DNA of 60,000 nt from Malacoraja senta (taxonomy: Eukaryota), in NCBI GenBank assembly GCA_038087875.1, contig CM076001.1, forward strand, positions 1,366,001 through 1,426,000, in the 5' to 3' direction. Positions 50,571 to 60,000 of the stretch are shown piece by piece. Under the pieces are notes generated by a model, which was not told the DNA's origin, did not search any database, and was given only the letters and a program-made list of their open reading frames with translations. Numbering within the stretch: the stretch's first letter is position 1; the number at the start of each line of letters is the position of its first letter. The position numbers and the translations under genes were made by a program.

Positions 50571-51819
50571 TCCACATTGTGCAGTGTGTAATGTAATGTT
50601 CGGTATAATAGTCTGCACAAGTCATGGATACAACCATTATAGGAAACTATTACTAGCATATTCTACATTTATTTGCATTACTAAAAACTACATTTATCTT
50701 ATTATTGCAAGAGTACAAATTAGGCATGTTGAATTTAGTAGGTTAATGCCCCTTCTACACAGCGTACAACATCCATCCATAGTGACACAGTCCATAACCC
50801 AGAATCAATTATTCTACTTATACCAATTTACATAACATTAATATTAAAATCAAAGGCCTTAGATATTATAAACATTTTGCATCAATATAAGTTTTTTTAG
50901 TGATTAATGTCAAAGAGTAAAAGAATCTGAGGTAAATGTATTCCAATATAAATTCTTCTGGAGTAAAACATTGAATTTGTAATTGAACTTGTATATTCCC
51001 CACCCCACAAGCAGTGGAGAAAGAAACTGGACAAACTCAGGACATTATGGGGGAGAAAGGTTGCCAATGGCAACATAAGGAAAAGCAATAAGAGGTTGTT
51101 TCAACTACTGGTGAATTTGAAAATGTTGATTTTAGAAATGTCCAGGATAATAATTTCCTGGCATTATGATGATATAGAAAAAATACATTTACGAACACAG
51201 GATTCAAAATTTGCCTCTGCAGAGTGCATATTTCAGTCTCCAACTGCTGAGTTTGTTTCGATGTAGTATTCAATACATATGTGTACATTTGAGGTTTAAG
51301 TTGCATGAGGCACCAAGATCACAGTAGTTTAACAGTCATTACATAGATATTGTATATCCAGGAAGTTCACATCTTTATATCACTCAACACACTGATTTGA
51401 TGGTATGTTACCATTTTGAAGCTCAAAACCTCAGCTAAAGCCTTTTCTCAACCTGGCAACATTGAACGTCTATTTTGTAGTTGGAAAGATCAACACCATT
51501 CAAAGGTCTTATCATCTACTTCCAGGTTAGTTGTTGATTAACCTCTACTGCTTTCTGCTACCATTCCATACATGTTTGTTATGATTTGTGGTGGGTTCGA
51601 GTTGTGGGTGTTCGCAAGAACTGGGATGACAAGGCCCGAAGTGCTGTGTGTAACTTCAAGGCTTCTGCACAATTTCTCCAAGACATGGTGAATTAGTCAG
51701 CAGCATGACTGGCTGAATGATCGGAAGGCACACAATGGAGGAGAGTTGCTGAAAACTATGGTAGTCCAGTGGGAAAGGGACTCTCAGCAGGATGCTCTGT
51801 TCAAGCAGGGAACAAATCT

Positions 51820-52360
51820 GAACTTCAACAAGGAGCAACGTATGACACTTCACCACTTTAGTGAAAAGGTCTTCATTGAAATAGGTCACTTCTACCCTGC
51901 ACTAGGTTGAGGACCTCATTGGCATTGACCACCATGGGCATCATCGGCATGCATGTTCTACATTGGGTTTACCCCCAGGATGAAGGAGAAGAAATTCATA
52001 ATATTTCACAAATTGGATCTTGTGAACCACAAGTTGTGCATTCAAATACAGAAGTGCACCACAGATTCCACTCAACCCTCCACCATTTGGGGTGCAGGTT
52101 TATCCCTGGTATCCCAACAGCAGTCATCGAGGCTTCATTCCTGGACAGGCCACCTGCACTTGAGCCACCAGGATGAAGCAAAGGATGGATACTGGGCACC
52201 AGGGTTTATCCACATGCAACATGGATAATGATTCCTAATATACAACACCTGCATAGGCAGCATATGGGGGCTGAGGGTAAGGATGCCCGATGGGATGTGT
52301 TAACACTGCTGAACAATTCCACTGGTTGAACCATTCTGGAGAAGTACTTTGCAGAATGAC
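51820..52360 (+). pseudogene. HARBI1-like PIF/Harbinger transposase relic
   Basis: HFSEKVFIEIGH; HNISQ; WYPNSSHRGFI (cf. RYPGSxHDAFI); GWILGTRVYPHATWIMIP (cf. GWLLGDxGYPLxxWLMTP); QFHWLNHSG (cf. RFRCLDxSG). Confidence 0.7.
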
Positions 52361-52825
52361 TGCCCAGGTACACAATACATCAGAACCTGCATGAGAATAT
52401 ATGTAATATATGGGGAAAGAGGGTTTCGATCGGGCCTGCTGAGAAATAATGTATTTCATGTATCAACAGTCTTCTTGTGCAGGATGCTCCGTCAATGGCC
52501 TCACCTAGGTCTGAAGAGGCAGAACTCACCATGACGTCACCCTTACGACGCTGGTACTTGCATTAGCCTTTTCCCGTGTTGTGGTTGCACCTTGCAGGCA
52601 TCCAGAGTTCAACACATGCCCCTGAGCCTCCTGTAATGCAAAATCAATTTGTCTTTACCTTCAACTTCCTCACGTTGTTTAATCACTGTTTAAAACGTCT
52701 TGGCTGTTGGGAAGGAGAAATGCACAAGTAACATGTTAGGGAGATGTGGGTGGAGGGCAGGAGGGGTTGATGAAGAGATGCAATCAGTGTGCAGAAGAAA
52801 GTGACAGCTACCTGCAGTTCAGATG

Positions 52826-53552
52826 CAGGCATGGAACTCGCTATCAAAATATGGAGGGGACAGGGGGGACACCATTTTTTGGCGGCCGCGCGCGCATGCG
52901 CACACTCACACACACATGCGCGAGGCTTCGGAGGCTCAATCCAGCGCTAACTGCAGCTCAACTCTGCCTGTCTCGCCGGGTTAACCTACAAGCCCTGACT
53001 GGACTGATGAGACACCAGCGCTGCTTCTCCGCGCTGGCCATATTTCCCACAACCAGGTTCACCTGGCAGGACAGGCAGAGTTGAGCTGGGTTTAGCGCTG
53101 CTTCTCTGCGCTGGCTGTGGGCCTGGGGGCGCAGGTCCCATCTGACTCCCGACCTTTCTGGCCACCCGTGGGGGGGGGGGGCACTCTGGTGGGGACGGGA
53201 CAGCGCCGGAGACCCGGGATTGATCCTGGCTGCGGATGAGGCGCAGGTCTGTGCCACGTCTCCCTCCCCCAATCACCGCACTCTATCCTCAGTCCCACCC
53301 CCCCTTACTCCTCCCTCCTCCAATCATCGCGCTGAATCATCATGTCCCGCCCCATTGCCTGTGACCAACGTCTCTCTCGTCCAATCGGCGCCCTCGATCA
53401 GCAGTCCCGCCTCCACTATCTCACAGAAAGCGGAGATTTTAAAATCCGGATGACAAAAACTTGGGGGGGATGTCCCCCGCCTCTCAAAACATGGGGGGGG
53501 GGATGTGTCCCCTCTGGCCCCCCACCCCCCCCCCCCGGGTTTTCCGTCTCTG
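52826..53552. mobile_element. Non-autonomous hAT element (MITE)
   Basis: Perfect 8-bp TSD ttcagatg (52818-52825 and 53553-53560); imperfect TIR caggcatggaa / ttccgtctctg; GC-rich body. Confidence 0.9.
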
Positions 53553-54083
53553 TTCAGATGAGAGAGGAAAGGGGAGGTAAATATGAGACTGAGGGTGAGG
53601 TAGGAGTAAATTACCTTCTTGACTAGTTCCAGCCCCATTCCCTCAGTACCAGTACCTATGCTAGCCCCTCCTGCTCAGTCAGAGTAAGGTGTTATAGCTG
53701 TGCAGTAGGTACCAACAATTATAAGGTACTCACATGTTGAATTAATTGGAGTGAAAGTAGACACAGAATATTAGCTTTTATTAGACACACAGCAGTGACC
53801 ACTGTTTATAAATCATTTTTTCACTATCAGGGATGAGTAAATATGACTCCATCTCAACTAGACTGCCAGTTGTCCAGACCTCTTGGACTTGGAAACTACT
53901 TGGACTTTCAAGAGTCATAATCTCATGAAATAATCTACCTCCCAAATGTAACTCATGTTGACTCTGATCTGTCAATGGAGTTTATTCTTCTTGTGAATTG
54001 CTCATGCTCATACTATTTCCAAAGTACCTACATGAGTTGTTGCATGGGATAGTAACATTCTAAGCATCCCAAATGCACATCTG

Positions 54084-54282
54084 TTAGTTTAGTTTAGTTT
54101 AGCTTAGCTTAGATTAGTCACGTGTGGCGAGGTACATTGAAAAGCTTCTGTTACGTGCTATCCAGTCAGCAGAAAGACTATACATTATTACAATCGGGCC
54201 GTCCATACTGTACAGATACAGAATAAAGGGAATAACGTTTAGTGCAAGATAAAGTCCAGTAAAGTCTGATTAAAGATAGTCT
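54084..54282 (-). mobile_element. LINE 3' UTR fragment (L2/Rex1-type)
   Basis: (tttag)n tail followed by gtcacgtgtggcgaggtacattgaaaagc, the reverse complement of a typical LINE terminal stem-loop region. Confidence 0.6.
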
Positions 54283-54827
54283 GTCCCCCACAGGTATCTG
54301 ATTTCCTGAGTAAACAGATATTTGCTGGTCTAAGTATTAGCAGTGGTCACTAAGTCACGATCTCTGAGCATTGTTTTAAGCACCATGACTCACTGGCCAT
54401 CTGTGTCCCGACTCTTATCTCTGCAGCCGGTAGCGATTCACACCAAAATTTAACATAGTTCCTTTTCAACATTTACCCAGTTGATCTAACATTTTAATGC
54501 CTAAAGTTATTAAAGGATGCATATTGTAACACATCAACAAGCAAGAGAAAATTGATCATTTTCATCAAAAGAAAGAAATATGTTTTCATCTTTATCAATG
54601 AATCTAAATTGATTTAGGTCCTGTGAATTGGAATGGAATCAATTCAGATTGGATTCAATGAATTGAATTTATCAACAGAAAACAATGGAGGGTTTGTCAT
54701 TTTTTCCTTATTATTCGAGTGCCAGTCCCCCAATGGTTTGCCAGTACTATCTGCAAAAATATTTCACCTTGTTCTGTGAAAAAGTGGGAAATGTACTGAC
54801 ATATGACAAATGGATGACAATTTAAAA

Positions 54828-55000
54828 GGGACTGCAGATGCTGGAAAAATGAAATAAAAACAGGAAATGCTTGAAATATTTAGCAGGTCAGGCAGCATCT
54901 GTGGAAAGAGAAACAGAGTTAACTTTTCAGTTTTAAGATCATCATCAGAACTAATGCTCCATAGATGCTGAGTGTTTCCAACATTTTCAGTTTTTTTAAT
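54828..55000. mobile_element. Older Penelope-end-derived element
   Basis: Minus strand gttCTGATGAtgatcttaaaactGAAAagttaactctgtttctc; gactgcagatgctgg terminus. Confidence 0.65.
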
Positions 55001-55119
55001 TTATGTTTTAGACAATGTGCCTCTCAAAGTTAAATAATTTGCAGACTGTGCATGTGGATGTGGATTTGCACCTTGCAGTGGGGCTAAGTATGCAGGGATA
55101 CACAGCAGCCAATAGATAG

Positions 55120-55251
55120 GTGTAGGAAAGAACTGCAGATGCTGGTTTAAATCAAAGGTAGACACAAAATGCTGTAGTAACTCAGCAGGACAGGCAGCAT
55201 CTCTAGAGAGAAGGAATGGGTGATGTTTTGGGTCGAGACCCTTCTTCAGAA
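55120..55251 (-). mobile_element. Penelope-end-derived short element
   Basis: gtgtaggaaagaactgcagatgctggtttaaatc...gggtcgagacccttcttcaga. Confidence 0.8.
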
Positions 55252-55744
55252 TGAAGCCAATAGATATTTGGTTTGAGTCTGATTGTGAATGAGTGAATAC
55301 TGGTGATGTGATGTATTCAAGAGTGCCTGTGATTTGTTACTGGTGCAACTTGTAGACTATGTTAATTAAAGGTGTATCTGCTGGCCTTGACCACTTTTGT
55401 GAGGTAATTGAATACTTTGGGGATTGGGGATAAATGTCACAACTGACCACCATGGTTTCCTCCTCTCAAGGCCTCTTGTGCAAGTGTTTGAAGACCATGG
55501 ATCACAGCCCTTCCAGTGTTGTACCAGTGTTATATCTTCTGTCACCTCAATGTACCACCATGACTTTCGCCATCTGCTGCCATCACAACACTCTGACCCT
55601 TGGAGCTGGCTGCCTTGAAGGAATAGTTATAATTGTTGCAAGCCTACTGTTTGTAGCAATGCTGTTGCCACTGGTTGCAAATTTGCAGAATTATGTGGTA
55701 CTAAATATGTGGTATCATAGATAGTGAAGATGATTTTTAAAATC

Positions 55745-56577
55745 TTCAGTTATCAGGATCTTCATCTGCTGGGCAAGTGGGCTGAGGAATGGCAAATGGT
55801 TTTAATTTTGATTAGTGTGAGGTGATGCATTTTGGGTAGTGTAACCAGAGCAGAACCTTCATGATGAACGGTTGAACCCTGGGAAGTGTTGTGGAGCAGA
55901 GGGATCAAAGAGCATAAGTGCATAGTTTCCCTGAAAGCAGTGTTGCAGGTTGATAGGGTGGTGAATGCAGGCCTTTTAGCACGCAGGCCTTCATTATTTA
56001 CAGTTATACAAGATGTTGGTAAGGCTGCACCTGGAGTATTGTGTTTAATTTTGGTCACCCAGCAATGGGAATGATGCCATTAAGCTGGAAAGAGTGCAGT
56101 GAAAATGTATGAGAATGTTGCCAGGATGCGAGGGCCTGCTTTACAGGGAAAGGTTGGGTGGGTTAGGATTTTATTCCCTCAACCACAGGAGGCTGAAGGG
56201 TGATCTTATAGAGGTGTATAAAATCATGATGGGAATAAATATGTTGAATGCACACAATCTTTTTCCCAAGTAGGGGAATAGAGAACTAGACCGCACAGGT
56301 TTAAAATGAGAGGAGAAAGATTTAAAGGGAAACTGGGGGGAAATTTTTTCGCCGAGAGGATGGTAGGTATATCAAACGAGCTGCCAGAGGAAGTAGATGA
56401 GGCAGGTACTGTACAATAACAACATTTAACAGATATTTGGAACTGCACATGAATAGCAAAGGTTTAGAGGGACATGGGCAAAATGTGGTCAAATAGGACA
56501 AGCTGAAATAGGGCATCCTGGTCAGCATGGACGTTGGACCATAGCCTGTTTCCATGCTGTATGATGAAATGACGACT
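55745..56577 (+). mobile_element. CR1 LINE 3' fragment
   Basis: QDLHLLGKWAEEWQM; HLEYCV*FWSP; typical 3' UTR ending gcctgtttccatgctgtatga. Confidence 0.9.
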
Positions 56578-56623
56578 CCAGCTATATGAAGAAATATGCA
56601 AACTCTTCATTTTCTTTCTCTTT

Positions 56624-57062
56624 ATTGATTGATTGATTGATTGATTGATTATACCTTTAATAATCCTTTGCAGGAAATTACAGTGCCACGACAGCTTCAA
56701 GACAGACATAACACCACACATTTCCTCAAATAGCTTCCATACTTAACAAGTTAAAATACAAGTTAAAATACAAGTTAAAATACAATTAATGGAAAAAAAA
56801 AATGAAAAGAAAAAAAAAGTGCAGTTATTTATGCGCATTATATAACCTTATAGCAGCAGGTAAACAGGACTTCCTATGTCTCTCAGTTTTGCACATTGGT
56901 GCAATCAGTCTCTGACTGAAGATGCTGCTCTTGATCACCTTCAGGGCATGGAGTGGGTGAGTGGGGTTGGTCATTATAGAACCCAGTTTGTTCAGAGTTC
57001 TGGCTTCTGCCACCTGCTGGACCGCTCGTTGCTCAGCCCCGACCACTGAGCCGGCCTTTAAC
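56624..57062 (-). mobile_element. Rex1/Babar LINE 3' fragment
   Basis: KAGSVVG..LNKLGSIMTNPTHPLH..FSQRLIAPMCKTERHRKSCLPAAIRLYN; (caat)n tail. Confidence 0.9.
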
Positions 57063-60000
57063 AACTATCTCTAACAAGAGTGATAATTTTCTTGCGACAA
57101 AATCCATCTCAGCCACGTGGAGAGGCCAGGGCTCTGAGTTTCTAAGTGAGGGAAAAATAGGCTTGATGCATCCTGCCTTGACTTACATGTGTTGATTTAT
57201 AATGGAGAAATATGTTGGGGTTTTTAATTATCAAATTTATAAAATATAAATTGTACCAGTTTTGGTTAATATGAAATAATCAAGAAATGAATATTGTTAT
57301 TACAAATTGAAGGAAATAGAATAGCTATACTCAAAAAGCTTAAATAAAGCCTCAAACTGGTCAAGAATTCATCACAATGCAAAAGGGTCTTATTGCGTGT
57401 CTGATTTATTGAGGTGAAGTTGACCTTTAGGTCCTCTGGAAACATTTCATCATCCTACACAAGTAGATTGCATCAACTGCTAATCATACCTCGTAACAAG
57501 ATGGAAATTATCTCAGTATTACTTTTGCGCTCCATACCTACATTTTTGTGAATCTCCATTCGGACTGTAGAAAGAGCTACCACTGTAAAAACTATTACCC
57601 CAGACTGACATTTTCTCTCCCACATTTGTATGCATTACTGAATGTACTCATTTCTAAGTTGAAATGATTTCCAGCAGCTGAGTAAAGTCTGACTGACTGA
57701 AACCAATTCAACTGGCATTAAACACTATTACAAGCCAATAACCAGGTCATTTATTTTTAATCTATGGCATAGATTCATCATTACCTGCAAAACTCTATGT
57801 TTCTATTAAAAATATTGAAGATTTCTTGCCACTGCCATCTTGGTTGCTATTGAAACAAGGTGACTAAGAAAAGAAATTATGGCAATTGTTCACACTTTGA
57901 ATAAAAAGACATTTAGATTTCAGACGAACATTCCTAAAAGGTCAGTCATCAATTATTTTCCTTCTTTACAATAATAGCATAACTCAAAAGAATGAAGGTC
58001 TTGCAGCAGTAGCTGGAGCTTCTATAATCATTTATATGGGAGACTCTAAATTAGGATATTTTTGTTGGCTATTTACACTATTGCACTGCACCAACAAGAC
58101 ATTAGAAAGAGGGAAATGAATACACTGCTGGCTTTAACATGATAGGAAGGAGGATGTGACCCAAAATATTACAAAACATCAAATTCCAAAGTGTATAATA
58201 TTTACTTATGTTTACTTTTCTGGGTTTTGCAATGGTCATTAAGAGAGAGTATATCCAATCACTTTAGATACACCAGAGTGTATCTAAAGGTTGTCCTTGT
58301 AGGTTATGTCTAGGCATCTAACCTGGGTTGGATGCTTGTTATGAGGGTAGCATTTAGAGTTACTCCAGCGTGTGTGTCCATCACCATCTTATACACTGCC
58401 TTTGAAATTTATTCCATTAAAGTCAATGAATGACATTTGGAAGCCAAGCATAATTTATGATTATTTATGCATTATGCATTAAACACTACCAATTGGAAAT
58501 AAAATTTTAGGCAATAGTAGTTTATGTCCATTTTTGGTTTAATAAACTGTGTTGCCAAAGAAAAAGAGATTAGCATTATGCTGAGGCCGTGTGTGATACT
58601 CTGGGAAGGCAGGGCATCTATTTTCTCTCTGAAGAGCACAAAACACTCTTCAGACAGATCATCGGTGGGTGTGAGTCCATTCAGCTTGTGCCAACCAACA
58701 CTTAACACAACCCAGATGATTCTCCACTTAAGGTAATTCTACCACTTCTGGATATCATTGCCCATCTGTTTTGTGTATGAATTGATATCAAGTGTTCTGT
58801 AATGTTCTTTTATATTGCAGAGGATGTGTAAATGCAGGCGTTTAAATCCCAGATATAGCCTCCATTGCTTTTCAGGATTTTCATTGGTGTGATTTTTATT
58901 CATGGTCAGTAAAACTGTCTACTGAATTTAAGCTTAACATGGTTTATTTAATTCACTGAAAGGGCATTCAACATAATGCTGTGCGCATTATTTATTATGC
59001 ATATTATGAGCTCATTAATGTGATGATTGCAGTTGGCTAGCATGCCCCAGAGTTGGCATTGAAGTGAGCGTTAAAGAAAATCACCCATTTACCAGGCCTT
59101 ACATCCCTAATTAACACACTGAATTTTATCCACCATGACTGTTATTAACATATGTTTGAAATTCAAAAGCTTGAAAACAAATAAACTAAAATATGAGCTA
59201 ATCTGAAACAGATTAGTAAAATTCATAGATGTAGTCAAATTGCATCGTACATCACGGCTGCCACAATATTCTTTTTATATTAAGATAATTTCTTTCCAAA
59301 TTCTCCTCTGTCTTGCTTAACACCACTTATTATACTTATCTCTCTGTGCATCTTTTCATACATACCCTGGCTTCTATCATGTCTTTCAAAGGCTAGTTCT
59401 ATCCTTCACTGCACAAATAACTGGATAGATTGAATAACTGTTGCTATTATTCTGAACCTTATTAAATTACAATAAACCTGTTTTTTTATTCCCGATCCTC
59501 TTTCTCAATCATTGAGGGTGCCAAAGTTGATAAATGTGCACAAACGGGTGTTGATCAAAATGCCATAGATAAAGAAGAGACAACATGTAATCCCTCCCAC
59601 AAATTAAACAATCTCATTGCTGTTTACTCAGTTAACCTCTGAATCAATGAAACTGGATGCAGAATAAATAGTCAGAGTACCTAGCCTCGCTGGTATCTGA
59701 GGCAGAGCTTCCTTTCCTGAAACTTTACTTTTTATTCTCCACCTTGAACTTGAAAGCTTCCGGTAAGAGATTAAACTTTTGTCAGAACATCTCATTTCTT
59801 TCTTGCCAGTTTACAATGCACCTCATCTCTTCTGAATGCATTCGCTTCTTGCTGACATATATTTCTTTGTATGTCAGTCATATCCTTGTGGACATTCTTG
59901 TGTGGTCATAGTGCTTCAGATATTCACCGAATAAACTGTTTAACCATTGGGGAGCAGCCTGATGTCTCGTTTCCTATCTTCTGTGCATGTGGAAAAGGAG

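Noticed and set aside
52958..53638. Cluster of GC-rich ORFs suggesting a first exon in a CpG island
   Set aside because: Lies almost entirely within a TSD-bounded non-autonomous hAT element

Overview
Eukaryotic, CpG-depleted, repeat-rich vertebrate genomic DNA. The repeat complement (HE1/V-SINE-type SINEs, several CR1 LINEs, Rex1/Babar LINEs, Penelope-derived short elements) points to a cartilaginous fish, probably a skate or ray (inference). No intact host gene or confidently identifiable host exon was found, so this is probably intergenic DNA or a large intron. Main contents: (1) a structurally complete but mutated DIRS-type tyrosine-recombinase retrotransposon (35590-40408) inserted in a CR1; (2) a near full-length Rex1/Babar LINE (17926-21245); (3) a decayed hAT transposon whose dimerisation-domain segment is repeated about four times (5273-8643); (4) a non-autonomous Helitron-like element carrying two satellite arrays (3187-4853); (5) PIF/Harbinger MITEs with TAA target-site duplications (TSDs) and a hAT MITE with a perfect 8-bp TSD; (6) relics of RTE, Gypsy gag, Penelope GIY-YIG and HARBI1-like transposase sequences; (7) about 14 short Penelope-end-derived elements, often palindromic, carrying a minimal hammerhead-ribozyme-like motif. 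Several apparently repeat-free, homeobox-motif-rich blocks look like conserved non-coding elements. All calls come from manual reading. No database searches were run and many boundaries are approximate.
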